From NCBI GenBank assembly GCA_951406725.2, contig OX597831.1, positions 4,402,001 through 4,466,000 of the forward strand: a stretch of 64,000 nucleotides of DNA. The letters are read 5' to 3'. Position numbers and translations under genes: made by a program. The notes under the pieces were generated by a model. The model worked only from the letters and a program-made list of their open reading frames with translations, searched no databases and was not told where the DNA came from. The stretch's first letter is position 1. Every line of letters begins with the position of its first letter. Positions 38,901-53,997 of the stretch are shown here, one piece after another. Origin of the DNA: Octopus vulgaris (taxonomy: Eukaryota).

Positions 38901-38915
38901 GATAAATTGATAGAT
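37830..38915 (+). mobile_element. Non-autonomous Helitron/Helentron-like element
   Basis: Starts ACTAG followed by hairpin CCCGGCATTGCCCGG. Contains AATTTCATCAAAAT-type blocks and a (CA)n tract before a ...ATAGAT end, the layout of HINE/DINE-like elements (inference). Confidence 0.5.
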
Positions 38916-39161
38916 ACGACTGAGTGGACAAACAAAAATATGAGACACAGCCTAGTGCTTCTTTATGTTGATAAGCCTAGTACTTATTCTATTAGTTTGT
39001 TCTTGTGAAACCAGTAAGTTTTGTGGATGTAAATAAATGAACAGCAGTTGTGAAGCAGTGATGAGGGCGAAACACAGACAGAAAGACACACACATACACT
39101 TACATATATACATATATATACGATTGATTTGTTTCAGTTCCTGTCTAAGAAATCAATATAT

Positions 39162-41912
39162 ATTGTTGTAGGCATCCTTTTTGTCTCGGGAGACAATGGA
39201 GTTGCGCATAAAATAATCTAGTCCGGCTTTTACATTTCATGTCCTAATACATCTGCTGCTGTGGCTGTGTAGTCGTATTCTGAACAAACACTCCCTCTGG
39301 CAGGTGCCGCAAATGTAGCGAAGACTTTGCCTGGCTGGTTGTAATGTCATACTTTCTTGTTGACGTCTTTTCTTGTCTTTCCATTTCTCCCCTCTCTCTA
39401 TGTCACTCCTTTGTGTTTCCTCTTTTACGGTGCGTCGCCAATCCCCACAGTTGCTGGCAACTGCTTCCCAGTTGGTGATATTGATGTTGCAGGCATTCAT
39501 GTCCCTTTTGCAAACATCATTGTATCGTAAAAACGGTCTTCCCATAGACCTAGTGCCCCTAGCAAGCTCTCCGTTGAGTATGTCCTTGGGGATTCTGCCA
39601 TCTTCCATACGGCTAACATGTCGAAGCCATCTCATAGGTCTTTGTGTGAGGAATGTAAACATGCTTGGTATTCCTGCTTGCTTGAGGACATCTTTGTTGG
39701 GGACATGATTCTGCCATTTGATGCGAAGGATTTTCCGGAGGCAGCGCAGGTGCAAGATATTTAGGCGTTGTATGGCGTCGTATGGCGTCGTATGGCGTCG
39801 TATGGCGTGTGTATGGCACCCAAGTCTCACTTCCATACAGTAGAGTGCTAAGTACACATGCCTGGTAAATTTTCATTTTTGTGGTCCTGGTCAGCTTATT
39901 GTTGTTCCAATGCCCGTTTGGAAAGTTGGGCCATCACAGCAGCTGCCTTACCAATGCGTATATTGAGCTCAGTATCAAGGGATAGGTTATAGGTGACGGC
40001 AGAGCCAAGATAGGTAAACTTCTCCACCTCCTGTAGTCTGTGGTCTCCAATATGTATGTTTGGGATGGTCGATGTAGCCTGACCCATGACGTTAGTCTTC
40101 TTGAGGCTGATAAATAAACCAAAGTTGACACATGCTTGCTCAAAACAGTTGATGAGCCTTTGTAGGGCTTCTTCTGTGTGTGATACCAGAGCGGCATCAT
40201 CAGCAAATATCATCTCCTTGATCAGGATGCTTCTGATTTTGGTCTTGGCACGCAGACGCGAGATATTAAACAGTTTCCCATCACTTCTACTGTGCAGAAA
40301 CACTCCATCATCTGATGTCACAAAGGCATGTGACAGCAGCAGCGAGAAGAAGATGCCAAATAATGTAGGAGCAAGGACACAACCTTCCTTTACCCCACTT
40401 TTATTTGGAAGGCGGCTGATGTTGAACCATTGTGCTGTATGGTGCCTTGCATATCATCTTGGAAAGATGTGATGATCCTTAGCAGCTTTGGTGGACATCC
40501 GATTTTTTGGAGCAGGATGAAGAGGCCTTTTCTACTTACTAAGTCAAAGGCCTTTGTCAGATCAATGAAGGCCATATATTATGGTATTTTCTGCTCTCTG
40601 GACTTCTCCTGGAGTTGGCGTATGTAGAATATCATGTCAATAGTTGATCTGCTTCTTCTAAAGCCACACTGCGATTCTGGTTAAATTCGAGAAGCAAGCA
40701 GTTGCAGGCTGGACAGGATAATGCGAGCAGAGGCCTTTCCAACAGTGCTTAGAAGAGATATTCCACGGTAATTGTTACAATCACCACGGTCACCTTTGTT
40801 TTTGTATAGCGTAATGATGTTAGCATCTCGCATATCCTGAGGGACTGTACCCTCTTCCCAGCACTGACACTGAAGCTCATGAATGTGCTGAAGCAGGATG
40901 GTGTTTTTGCCGGTTTTGATGATCTCTAAGGGGATGCCGTCTTTTCCCGGAGTCTTGTTACTTGCTAGGGAGTAAATAGCCTTGGTGAGCTCTGCTATAG
41001 ATGGCAGACTGTCAAGTTCACACATGACTGGCAAGATCTTGACACCCTCGATTGCAGCCTCAGCTACCGTGGTCTTTCGTGAGTAGAGACCCTGGTAGTA
41101 CTCCACCCATCTATCCATTTGCTTGCTTTGGTCCTTGATGAGATCCCCAGTAGTTGATTTCAGAGGGGCTGACTTGGTTGCGGATGGACCGAGGGCCTTC
41201 TTCAAACCGGCATACATCTCACGGGTGTCGCCACTGTCAGCAACTGACTGGGTACTCTGACAGATTTCCTGCTAATACCTATTTGCACAGCGTCTGGCAG
41301 TCAGTTGGGTTTTATTTCTTGCCTTTCTGAGTTCTTCGAGTGACTTTATAGAAGAATCACTCTTGTATTACATCAGAGCTGCACGCTTTGCTTCGATAAC
41401 TGTTTCCAGCTCTGAGAGCCCAGCACTGAAGAAAATCTGGGTTTTGCCTTTCTCTCATGCCGAAAGTATCTATTGATGTGGTATACAAAGCTTCCCTGAT
41501 ATAATTCCACCTACTTTCAGCAGAGGTAGTTGGGCAGCTACTGAGGTCAACTTTGATAGAAACAGCAAAACATTGTTGCAGTGTAGGGTCGGAGTTTCTG
41601 GCAGTGTTAATGCGCGGTCGGCCCATTTTCTTGGAGTGATGGACTTTTTAGGCAGAATCCCAACCTGCTTCTTATTAGTGAATGATCTGTGTCACAATCC
41701 GCGCTGTGGTAACTACGAGTCAGTTGAACAGATTTCAGAAAGGGTCTTCGTGTAATGATGAGATCCAGTTGATGCCAGTGGTGAGATCTTGGATGTCTCC
41801 AAGATGCCTTGTGGGATGTCTTGTTGGCAAAGAATATGTTAGTGATGCACAGCTTATGGTATGTACAAAATTCAAGAAGTCTCTGGCCATTGTCATTCAT
41901 GTTGCCAATACC
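39162..41912 (-). mobile_element. RTE-clade LINE, 5'-truncated, frameshifted APE-RT pseudogene
   Basis: ORF pieces GQRLLEFC...WRHPRSHHWHQLD (APE), DCNNYRGISLLS, FIDLTKAFDLV, IFADDAAL (RT), LLYGSETW, and a C-terminal Cys/His knuckle; short (CAA) tail near 39162. Confidence 0.95.
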
Positions 41913-42624
41913 AAAACACATACACTTACATATATACATACAGAACTTATGGGATTACCTGAGATATATACGCCGGTGAAAATATATTTAAGACCGATGA
42001 TAAAAATTCTATTTCTTACAAAATATTTTGTTACTAACACCATACAAATTATATTTATCTTTTACACCTTATGCAAAATTTATTTCTCTTTCGAATGATG
42101 CAAACAATTTTTATACAACTTGAAGAATTCGAATGTTAAATTAATATATATTTCTTTACTGCCCACAAGGGGCTAAACATAGAGGAGACAAACACGGACA
42201 GACAAACGGAAGAAGTCGATTACATCGAACCAGTGCGTAACTGGTACTTATTTAATCGACCCCGAAAGGATGAAAGGCAAAGTCGACGTCGGCGGAATTT
42301 GAACTCATAACGTAACGGCAGACGAAATACCGCTAAGCATCTCGCCCGGCGTGCTAACGATTCTGCCAGCTTCTTACCACACAACCACGCCTGCGCCCCC
42401 TTTCCCTCCCTCCCTCCCTCCCCCTCTCTCTACTATTGTAAGGAACATAGTGAAGAGTCTTGGAACTGTTGTATCAAGTTTTTCGACACCCTTGTTCTCT
42501 GGAATCGGTTCTGGCAGAAAACCAGGCCTTCATATATGTGTCTGTGAATGAGAGCATGTCCACGTGTGATTGAGTATATGCATGTGCGTACGTGTGTATA
42601 AAACATGCTGATAAGACACACACG

Positions 42625-43011
42625 GGAGGCGCAATGGCCCAGTGGTTAGGGCAGCGGACTCGCGGTCAAAGGATCGCGGTTTCGATTCCCAGACCGGGCG
42701 TTGTGAGTGTTTATTGAGCGAAAACACCTAAAAGCTCCACGAGGCTCCGGCAGGAGATGGAGGTGATCCCTGCTGTACTCTTTCACCACAACTTTCTCTC
42801 ACTCTTACTTCCTGTTTCTGTTGTACCTGTATTTCAAGGGGCCGGCCTTGTCACTCTCTGTGTCACGCTGAATATCTCCGAGAACTACGTTAAGGGTGCA
42901 CGTGTCTGTAGAGTGCTCAGCCACTTACACGTTAATTTCACGAGCAGGCTGTTCCGTTGATTCGGATCAAGCGGAACCCTCATCGTCGTAACCGACGGAG
43001 TGCTTCCATCC
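42625..43011 (+). mobile_element. SINE family B, full length
   Basis: Near-identical to 19873-20257; probable TSD AAGACACA. Confidence 0.9.
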
Positions 43012-44055
43012 AAGACACAAAACACACACACATACACACACAAACACACACACACACTCACTTACAAATACACAGATATATAAAAAAATATTTATGTTTA
43101 TGTATATATTATATGTGGAACGAAGACATAAGATATGTTTAAACCTAGTTTAATAAATAACAACTGAATATTATATTAGTAAACGAATGTACACATTCTT
43201 ATATTTATCTTTGTTTGTGTATATACGGTCGTATATATGTACGTATGTATGTATGTTTGTATGTATGTATGTATGTATGTATATATATATATTACACTCA
43301 GACGCAAATGCGCATGCGCACGCACACACATATATTTGTGCACACGGGTAAATGTATATATAAGCAAGCATACGTATATATATTCACATATGTAATATAT
43401 AATATATGATATAGACACAGACCCACACATGCACGCGGGCTCACACGGGCACACACATACAGACACACACATACAGACACACTCTCTCACACACACACTC
43501 ACATACTCACACACACACACACACACACACTTATATACATACATATGTGTATGTTTATTTTTGACCTCTGTTTAAACACCATTGAATATTTCCAGATGAA
43601 CAACTGCAATGTCTGAAACACAAAGAATAAGATAAGCTGTTACGCCATTTTGTCTAAAGCTGTCAGAACGGACGCCATATTTTTATGTAAGATTCGTCTT
43701 ATTGTATTCAAATTTTAATGCTCATAAAAGATCACATCTTTAAAAACAAACCACTCACTTCCACCTACCCTCATCTCCCTCTGTCGCTCCACTCATGGCA
43801 TTTTATTTTTTTTATTATGTTACCTTATTCTCTCTCTCCTTTTCTTTCTCTCTGTAACTGTCCCAGCTTATTTATATTTTTATTTTATGTGTCAACCCAG
43901 TCTCTCTCACTATTTATCTCTCTTTTCCTCTCTCGTTCTTTCTCTTATCTTCAAACTATCAGTCTTTCTTCATATCTATCTATCTGTCTACCTGTTTGTC
44001 TGTCTGTTTTTCTCCCTCCTATACATGTATGCTTGCTTGACTTCCCGTCTGCCCA

Positions 44056-44248
<193 letters not shown>

Positions 44249-44317
44249 GTGACAGCGTGTGTATCATTGGCGATTTTCTTTCTCCGTCTTCCCTTCCGTG
44301 GACTTTTCCTTTTCTAT

Positions 44318-44352
44318 ATTCCTGACGAAGAGCTCCGCTCGAAACGTTAAAT
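44318..44352 (+). ncRNA. Minimal hammerhead motif in an element inserted in (TATC)n
   Basis: CTGACGA-A-GAGC/tcc/GCTC-GAAAC-GTT. Canonical A6; stem I is weak. Confidence 0.55.
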
Positions 44353-44444
44353 CCTCCTTCCTTCTTCCTTTTCCTGAACGTCCAATAACACTATACTTGT
44401 TCCACGTCCTCGCGTTGTTGTGTTTTCTCTTTGTTCATGTTTGG

Positions 44445-44565
<121 letters not shown>

Positions 44566-44665
44566 GTTTCTTTTTTTCTAGCTAGCTATCCCATCTATTT
44601 GTCAGTATATCTTTACACTTCTGTGATTGCGCAAATGTGTCTACGTAAAATACACACGCACATCC

Positions 44666-44788
44666 ATATATGCAGACACAATGTGTAATTGAAATTGTGC
44701 ATCAATATATGCAGACACAATGTGCAAATGAAATTATGCATCAATATATATACAGACACAATGTGCAAATGAAATTGTGCAAATGAAA
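44666..44788. repeat. About 40-bp tandem repeat, 3 copies
   Basis: ATATATGCAGACACAATGTGCAAATGAAATTGTGCATCA units. Confidence 0.85.
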
Positions 44789-45085
44789 ACGTCTCCGAGG
44801 AAGACGATGAAAATGTTGAGAAACTTTCATATTCCTCTCAGTTATTTACAAGTGAATGACAACAAAATCATAGCAGTGACGCAGAACCTTGATGGTAGAT
44901 CGCAGATACATTAAAGATCATCGCTCAAAATACAAGTTTTTACGTTATCTTTGTCAATTCTTTTGACAAAATATAAACAACTATACAGCTGAGGAGAAAG
45001 AAGATAAAACTGAAATATGCTTCGCGTATAATTTAGGTTATTTCCGATAAATTTATTGTTTCATACTATATTCCAGTTTACCTGT

Positions 45086-45471
45086 GGAGGCGCAATGGCC
45101 TAGTGGTTAGGGCAGCGGACTCGCGGTCTTAGGATCACGGTTTCGATTCCCAGACCGGGCGTTGTGAGTGTTTATTGAGCGAAAACACCTAAAGCTCCAC
45201 GAGGCTCCGGCAGGGGATGGTGGTGATCCCTGCTGTACTCTTTCACCACAACTTTCTCTCACTCTTACTTCCTGTTTCTGTTGTACCTGTATTTCAAAGG
45301 GCCGGCCTTGTCACTCTCTGTGTCACGCTGAATATCCCCGAGAACTACGTTAAGGGTACACGTGTCTGTGGAGTGCTCAGCCACTTACACGTTAATTTCA
45401 CGAGCAGGCTGTTCCGTTGATTCGGATCAACCGGAACCCTCGTCGTCGTAACCGACGGAGTGCTTCCATCC
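45086..45471 (+). mobile_element. SINE family B, full length with 13-bp TSD
   Basis: TSD ATTCCAGTTTACC at 45070-45082 and 45472-45484. Confidence 0.93.
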
Positions 45472-45870
45472 ATTCCAGTTTACCGGAATACAGTCACGAT
45501 ATCGAATTTACATGCACAGAATCACACATTTTCCACTACAAAACAATTTAAAAATAATTTTCAGTTAATGAAACATGCTGAATTTGTTTTCTTTCTTCTA
45601 CCAAGTGCAGTCGGAAAATAAGAATGTTTTTTGGCCAGAGTGCATATCATAGGGCGAAAATTTGGTACAAACATATATGTTTACAAATATAAATATGTGT
45701 ATGTATGCATTTATAAATATGCATAAATATGTATGTGTAAATACACACACACATATATGTATATATGTATGTATATATTTATATGTATATAAATATTTTG
45801 ATGTGTGCATTAATATATGTATTTCTGTATCTATGTATCTGTGTATCTATGTATATGTGTATATATGTAC

Positions 45871-45923
<53 letters not shown>

Positions 45924-46226
45924 CACATACACACGCACATATAGCTGTTAAATCGGACACACAAGCACAGCTTCTCATCAATAAACAATGCATTTTTCAA
46001 CAAGGAGTTTTACGACACGATACAACGCAAACTGCGAAAATAAAAAAAAAAAACTAGATAAAGGATTGTCGATAGGATCACCGTTCCATACCGCATTAAC
46101 AAAGCATAACTGAGATATTAAGAGCAAAAACTGTGTTAATAGTTAAACACAAACAAAATGCCAACGCGCAGGTGAAATAAACCATAAAAGTAACCATGAG
46201 TTAACCGTTAAGGTATTGTAAATCTG

Positions 46227-46554
46227 GGAGGCGCAATGGCCCAGTGGTTAGGACAGCGGACTCGCGGTCATAGCTCCACGAGGCTCCGGCAGGGGATGGT
46301 GGTGATCCCTGCTGTACTCTTTCACCACAATTTTCTCTCACTCTTACTTCCTGTTTCTGTTGTACCTGTATTTCAAATGGCCGGCCTTGTCACTCTCTGT
46401 GTCACGCTGAATATCCCCGAGATCTACGTTAAGGGTACACGTGTCAGTGGAGTGCTCAGCCATTTACACGTTAATTTCACGAGCAGGCTGTTCCGTTGAT
46501 TCGGATCAACCGGAACCCTCGTCGTCGTAACCGACGGAGTGCTTCCATCCATCC
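46227..46554 (+). mobile_element. SINE family B lacking the B-box region, 12-bp TSD
   Basis: TSD ATTGTAAATCTG at 46215-46226 and 46555-46566; internal deletion after GCGGTCA. Confidence 0.9.
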
Positions 46555-46745
46555 ATTGTAAATCTGACGATGGTGATTAGCCAGTTACAACCTATGAACC
46601 CTCGTGATTACTATAAAACGCTACACCAATGTACACTTTGTCATCGTTTCATACAAATGATGAGGCTGGGAAAGTCTTGAAGCATTTATGGTCTTTGTAG
46701 TTCGAAATTAACACAAAGGATTAAAGAAGGAAATATGAACATATA

Positions 46746-46907
46746 GGCGCAGGAGTGGCTGTGTGGTAAGTAGCTTGCTAACCTGCCACATGGTTCTGGG
46801 TTCAGTCCCACTGCGTGGCACCTTGGGCAAGTGTCTCTTACTATAGCCCCGGGCCGACCAATGCCTTGTGAGTGGATTTGGTAGACGGAAACTGAAAGAA
46901 GCCCGTC

Positions 46908-46977
<70 letters not shown>

Positions 46978-47184
46978 GTTTGTGTGTCTGTGTTTGTACC
47001 CCTGGCATTGCTTGACAACTGATGCTGGTGTGTTTACGTCCCCGTCACTTAGCGGTTCGGCAAAAGAGACCGATAGAATAACTACTGGGCTTACAAAGAA
47101 TAAGTCCCGGGGTCGATTTGCTCGACTAAAGGCGGTGCTCCTGCATGGCCGCAGTCAAATGACTGAAACAAGTAAAAGAGTAAA
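46746..47184 (+). mobile_element. SINE family A, full length
   Basis: Near-identical to 1955-2365. Confidence 0.9.
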
Positions 47185-47209
47185 GAAAAAACGAGTATAT
47201 TTCAATAAT

Positions 47210-47557
47210 TAAAGAGTAAATGCGAACAAGATCAAGGAAATGTCCGAAGATCTTTCCAGGAACATAGTGAGTGAAGCCTGCGCCAGACCGGTGGGGCGTT
47301 GTGCTCTTCAGCACTTCATTTAACGTTGCTCCAGGGCCCTCAGCTGTAAATATAAATGTAAGGAATGCATGCGCCAGGTTCTGCAGCCATCTTGAGGTTG
47401 CGGTGGAGGCTGAGGGTGGCTACTTTGAGTAAACTGTTAACTTCCATAATTTAGTTGGCATTTTCTTTTGAATATTCAAAGTAAATTTATTCTTGGATGG
47501 GATATTGTGCTCTCTTTTCCTTTTATGCAAATTGTCAATTTAGTTCGAAGACCTTGT
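47210..47557 (+). mobile_element. Tc1/mariner-superfamily 3' remnant
   Basis: Translates ...ARFCSHLEVAVEAEGGYFE*, a transposase C-terminus; ends ACCTTG|TA. Confidence 0.65.
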
Positions 47558-47582
47558 ACACACACACACACACGCACACACA

Positions 47583-47614
<32 letters not shown>

Positions 47615-47671
47615 TACACACACATACATAAACACATATAAATCGATATACATATATATGTATATATACGA

Positions 47672-47943
47672 GATGACACAAGTGTCATCTCTTGTGAAAG
47701 GTAGGAGAGTCCAGTTTGTTGGACATTGTTGTAGAGCTGAAAACGAGGCAATTTCTCCTCTTCCCCTCTGGAAGCCATCTACTCGCAATACCAGAGGGCG
47801 CACACTCTTCTACCCTGATGTAATCTCTAGGGATACAGGCATCCAGCAACAGGACCTCCGTAATGCTATGATGGACCGTGAAGTCTGGCATAGCATGGTA
47901 AATTCCATTGTCTCGATCACGGTCGAACAATGATGATGATGAT
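47672..47943 (+). mobile_element. 3' fragment of an RTE/RTE-X-like LINE
   Basis: RRVQFVGHCCR...LWKP...RGR...AMMDREVW...* followed by a (TGA)n tail. Confidence 0.8.
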
Positions 47944-47948
47944 ATATA

Positions 47949-48166
47949 CGAGAGGGGGCAGAAAAGTTCCTGGCTTTGGGTAAAAGAAAATACAGGGGTA
48001 TCAGTTAATTACGATTTTCTTCAACGCATATCCCTCTCAGATTCACACACCCATTGCAGGGATCCTTAGATTTTTCTAAGCCCTGTAAAAGAACTCGGAA
48101 GGCTGGGCCTCCAGCCAGGCCTTTTGCGACGCCCTTAAAGCCAGGAAATTTTCAGCACCCACCCCG
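47949..48166. mobile_element. Mariner-type MITE
   Basis: TA-flanked, ~30-bp imperfect TIRs (GAAAAGTTCCTGGCTTT / AAAGCCAGGAAATTTTC). A second copy lies at about 56292-56505. Confidence 0.8.
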
Positions 48167-48186
48167 TATGAATATCTTTGTGTGTA

Positions 48187-48239
<53 letters not shown>

Positions 48240-48839
48240 TCTTTTATTCTTTTACTCGTTTCAGCCATGCAACTGCGGTCATGCTGGAGCACCATATAAA
48301 TATACATACATATATACACACATCCACACACTCACATATATATATTCCTTTATATCGTAACAACACTCCCTGTTAAACTCAACAACGATACCACTTTGTT
48401 TACAGGGCTACAACAGCAGCACCAAAATCACAAACAACAACAACAACAGCAGCAATAACAAATACAACTAATGTATTTTATTTTATTTTATTTCGTTGTA
48501 GACGGCCTCGATCTCGTTTTCCGATGACGTCACGTCCTCCATATTTCGATAGGAAATGTCCCGGTTGCTTAATATGAAATTATTTCATTTGAAGACAAGC
48601 TGAGGAATGTGGAAACGTCGGCCATCCTTTCCTCAGAAGAATGGAAACAATATTTAGATATTGAAGGAAGAATAGATGAAAGGGAGTGGGTGGAGTGACG
48701 CAGAGAGAGAGAGAGAGAGAGAGAGACGTAGTTTTAGGGTGGTGTGTGTGTGTGTGGAGGTGGCGGGGAAGAAATTTCATAAATATTCTTAGATTGAAAA
48801 AAATGTATGATACAGAAATGATGAGAAATGATGTATGAA

Positions 48840-48887
<48 letters not shown>

Positions 48888-49044
48888 CGCGATGTGTATA
48901 CTTCTGATTGTGTAAATCGAGCGTAGTTAAGGATGTATATAAGTATGTATCGCTTTCTGTTACTCTACGTGTGTGTGTGTATATATGTCTATATATATGT
49001 TTATATATATATATATATATGATGATATACATATATATATATAT

Positions 49045-49137
<93 letters not shown>

Positions 49138-49591
49138 TATATATATATATGATGATATACATATATTACATATATGTTTGTATATGTATATATATTATAT
49201 ATATGCATGTATTTGTATGTATATATTTATATATATATATATATCTCAATCTATCTATCTGTCTATATCTATATATACATATATACTTACATACATACAT
49301 ACATACATACGTACATACACATTCACAGACATACATGTATACACACACATATATACATATATATGTATATATATATTTACACACACACATACACAAGAAT
49401 ATACATAAATACACACACAGACGCACACATATGTACAGATACACACACCCACACACACATCTACACTCATATTAAAGATATATGTTTGTATATATCGAGA
49501 CATCGATCTGTATTAAGTGAATGTGAAGGGAAGACGGTTGATTAGATTAAAAGAGAGAGAGAGTGAGAGAAAGAAAGAGAGAAAAAGAGTA

Positions 49592-49635
<44 letters not shown>

Positions 49636-49756
49636 ACGGGGAAAGGAGAACACGTGAGCGCGCATGTGTGTGATAGAGGGTGACGCCGTAGTTTTAAAGG
49701 GTATAAATCTCAAGAAAAGTGCGTGTATGCATGTGTGTGTACGTGTGTGTGTGTGT

Positions 49757-49795
<39 letters not shown>

Positions 49796-51090
49796 AGTGC
49801 GTGTGTGTTTGTGTGTGAAATAGTTGACTGCTATGACATCTAATTGAATTTAGCCGCCATTTTAGATGTCCTTTATGGATGACCATTTTTTATTGAAATA
49901 CATCAATTTTCGACAATTCCTTCTTCACCCGGTATTCACCCCGCCTCCACCCAACGCCTCTGCACCTTCTTTATATCTTTCACTCACCCAGACACCCCTT
50001 CTTTCTTTCCTTCTTTCTTTATAGTTTTCCTTCGTAAAATATTTATCTTTATTGTGTATGTGACTGTTATTATTGTTATTGTTATTGTTGTTGTTATTGT
50101 TTTTCATTGGCTTTTTGTTAAAGACTTCGTGTGTATCTTGGCGGAACCGTTCCGTAAATGTGACCTTTCATTTTTGGGAAGCAGTAGGAGGAGGCGGAGA
50201 TACAGGAAATATGAAAAAAAAATGTATCTCCCCTTCTACACCCTCCACTACCAACACCACCATCACCACCACCAACACCACCATCACACCAACACCCCAA
50301 CGACGACGACCACCACCACCACCGCCATCATCACAACCACCAACACCAACACCAACACCACTACAACCAACGCCACAACTACAACCATCACTACCACTAC
50401 TACATCAGCCATTACTACCATCACCACCACCTTTCATATTCACTACTACTACCACCACCACTGCCACTACTATCACCGCCACCGCCACTACTACCACCGC
50501 CACCACCGTCGGTGTAATGAACAACACTATTGAATCCATAATGGCGACGACAACGACGAGGACCACCAGCACCACCACGACCACCACCACCACAACACCA
50601 ACACTACCACCGCCGCCTCCATTACCACCACTATAAGGTACCAAAAGCTGTCTAGAAATACAATACTTTATATAGTTATAATATATAACATTACATTCTA
50701 TGTTTGGTCCATTTTAAGTCGAACAATGCAAGTTATGTATATACATACACACACACACACACATATATATACATATTTATACATTTATATATGTATGCAC
50801 ATATACACATAATATATATATATTTATGTATGTATGTATGGGTGTAGATATACATGCATACACACATATAAATCTATCAATATATGTATATAATTTTTTT
50901 ACTGTATCACACTATATGATATTCATGCATGTATATAATGCGAGTGTGTATACATGAGAGGAAGAGAGAGAGAGAGAGAGAGAGAAGAGAGAGAGAGAAT
51001 AAAGGGAAAGAGAAAGAGAGAAAGAGGGAAGAGGGATGAAGAGAAAAAGGAATGAGTGTATATGTATGTATGTATGTATATCTATATCTA

Positions 51091-51128
<38 letters not shown>

Positions 51129-51131
51129 TAT

Positions 51132-51185
<54 letters not shown>

Positions 51186-52401
51186 TCATATACAAACATA
51201 AATACATACATATATATATGTATATATATATATATACATATACATAGATACATACATATATATATGTATATATATATATATATATGTATGTATATATGTA
51301 TATATATATATATATATATATACATATATATACATACATACAAGCATACATATGCATATATGCGTATATATATATATATATATATATATACGTACATATA
51401 TATATATATACATGTGTGTGTGTGTGTGTAAATGTAATGACATTAGCAAAAGATCTAATAAGTCAGGACGAGATGTAGTGGCAATATTTCATGTAAATGT
51501 GATTAAGAAACATTGACCTGTTAATGAGATATATTGCGAGGTCACGCTACCGGATTTGACCCTCGAAATCAATTCTTATTGCTTATAGATTTGACACAAC
51601 TAAACTAACCTAATCTAATATGAGCCTCTATAAAGATGATTGTGGTGAGGGCGACGGCGGCGGCAGAAAGGGGATGTGATTGATTATGGCGCTGGTGCTG
51701 ATGCCGGTGATGATGGTGGTAGTGGCGGCATTCATAGTGATGATGGTTGTCGTCGATGTGCTGGTGTTGTTGTTGGCGGTTGTGGTAGTGGTGGTGATAT
51801 TGATGGTGGTGATGATGATGGTGGTGATGGAGATGGTGGTAGTGGTGGTGGTGTTGATATTGATGGTGATGGTGATGTGGTGGTGGTGGTGGTGATGGTG
51901 GTGATGATGGTGGTGGTATTAGTTGTGTCTTAAACCCAGTTCAGCCCAGAGTGAGCAGATCTATCGAAAGCCATTCCAGTCGTGACCAACCTATCTTTTC
52001 TCTACATACTGGGAACCCAGAACCACATTATCTAACATGTCCCTTTTACGACAGCGTGATTCAACTGTTATTTGGCTGCTATTTCTGGCAGACCAAAGGC
52101 CCATGTAGTTGCTCCATCACAGAACCGTACTCGTAGTTGTTGTTGTTGTTGCTGGTGTTGGTAGTCTAGATGGTGGAGGAGGTGCTGGTGGCAGAGATGG
52201 GTGCAGTAATGTTGTTGGTCATGGTGGGCGTGGCGTGAGTGGTAGTGTTGTGTGCTGTAGTTGTTTTCTTTTACTGCTTAGCTCTAAGCCGTCGATTTTC
52301 GAACATGTAGAATATTTGGGCTAGTTGTATGACGAGGACGGTCCGACCATGACCATCCGTCTTGTACATTACCCCCGCCTACGTTATTTAATGCGCTCTA
52401 T

Positions 52402-52620
52402 TGAACCCTTTAGCATTTTAACCAGACATATCAGACCCCAAATATTCTATATGTTTTACGATCAAACTAGCCAGATCTGGCCTCTCGCATCAACCCAACA
52501 ATGTCATTCTAAAAATAAACAATCACGCCGTTGAAATCTCAGAGCTACAAGATAATGCATGATTAATTCAAAGCAATGTGAATGAATGTCAAATTCGACA
52601 GAATTTTCTGAACAAGGGTC
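52402..52620. mobile_element. Diverged piggyBac-like MITE
   Basis: Left end TGAA|CCCTTTAGCATT and decayed right end AAGGG|TCA resemble TTAA-CCC...GGG-TTAA termini. Confidence 0.4.
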
Positions 52621-53901
52621 ACACCAACTATATCCAGTCCAAATATTCTACCTGTTTTATGTTTAAACTGCCCATTCTCATCTACTGTTAAGATGGTCTT
52701 CTTTAGCCGATATCAGTCCAGTGTGTTTTGGCCCAGCCGCCCATGATGTAGACATACACAGCCACCCCTGTAGAAGCGGGTGACAGTAGATGTACCTTCT
52801 CATAATTTGAGCGTATCCCTTCCGCAAGAAACGAAAGAGGTGGTAACTATGCCCAGGTGGTAACTATGATCAACCATTAATAAATAGCAAGTGTGATATG
52901 TACGTCCCCACCTCTGCCTGGCCTTTTATGGCTATTTCTTTTAAGCCATATATGGGCAAGGGTGGTTATTCTTCTCGTAACATCGTCGTAGTTCCTATTC
53001 GCATGAAATTGTGGACTGAAACACGCTGAATTTTTAAAACATCCGAAAGTCCATCGGACCACAAAGCTGACCGGCGATGACTTGGCTTTACACGTGTCGA
53101 GCTAAGAATCCACCGATATCTTCTGATGAATATTTGCCATGTTCACTCCAGCGAATTCATTTTGTGTTGCGTCGGTCACATTGATTTTCGTATTGTCCCA
53201 CACTACAAGGGGAACATCATTCACGTATATTTACACAGCTCTTTCGCTTCCCTGTTCGAAGAACCTATCCCTCACCATTTCTAGTTTCACAGCCATGACT
53301 TAAGGGACAAAACACACGGAGCTAGGAGTTTGTAAAGAAGGAACTTCGACGGTAGATGGCTATTTATGTCAGAGTAAATTACCATCTACTGTTGGAGATT
53401 TATATTAAATAACGCAGATTCGCAAAATGAGGTTGAAATCGGTTGAACCGAGGAGAGACTGATAGCTGACCCTTTTAAAAACTTTCTGGTAATAGAAATT
53501 AAACACGCCCTCACTAGAGATAGGCATGTGGAATTATTTATCCACTCTACTGTTTACAATGAGGTGAAGGCTGTCGTGAAAAATATCTGCTGGAACTTGT
53601 ATTTGTCTGTGTGTTCATGACACAATACCAACGCCATACACCAAGATTTTCGCGAAGATTTTGAGCCAGATATCAAATAATAATGATAATAATCCTTTCT
53701 CCTATACGCACAAGGCCTGAAATGGTGCAAGGGGAGTAAGTCGATTACATCGACCCCAGTGTTCAACTGGTACTTATTTTATCGACCCCGAAAGAATGAA
53801 AAGAATTTAAACTCAGAACGTAAAGTCAGACGAAATATCGCTGGCGTGCTAACGATCCTGCAAGCTCACCGTCTTTCAAATAATAATAATAATAACAATA
53901 A

Positions 53902-53997
<96 letters not shown>

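Noticed and set aside
41850-41940. Search for an HDV-like ribozyme at the RTE 5' end
   Set aside because: The element is 5'-truncated within the endonuclease domain, so no 5' UTR is present.
44666-44788. Regularly spaced ~40-bp repeats as a possible CRISPR-like array
   Set aside because: Head-to-tail tandem units without unique spacers, eukaryotic context, no cas genes.
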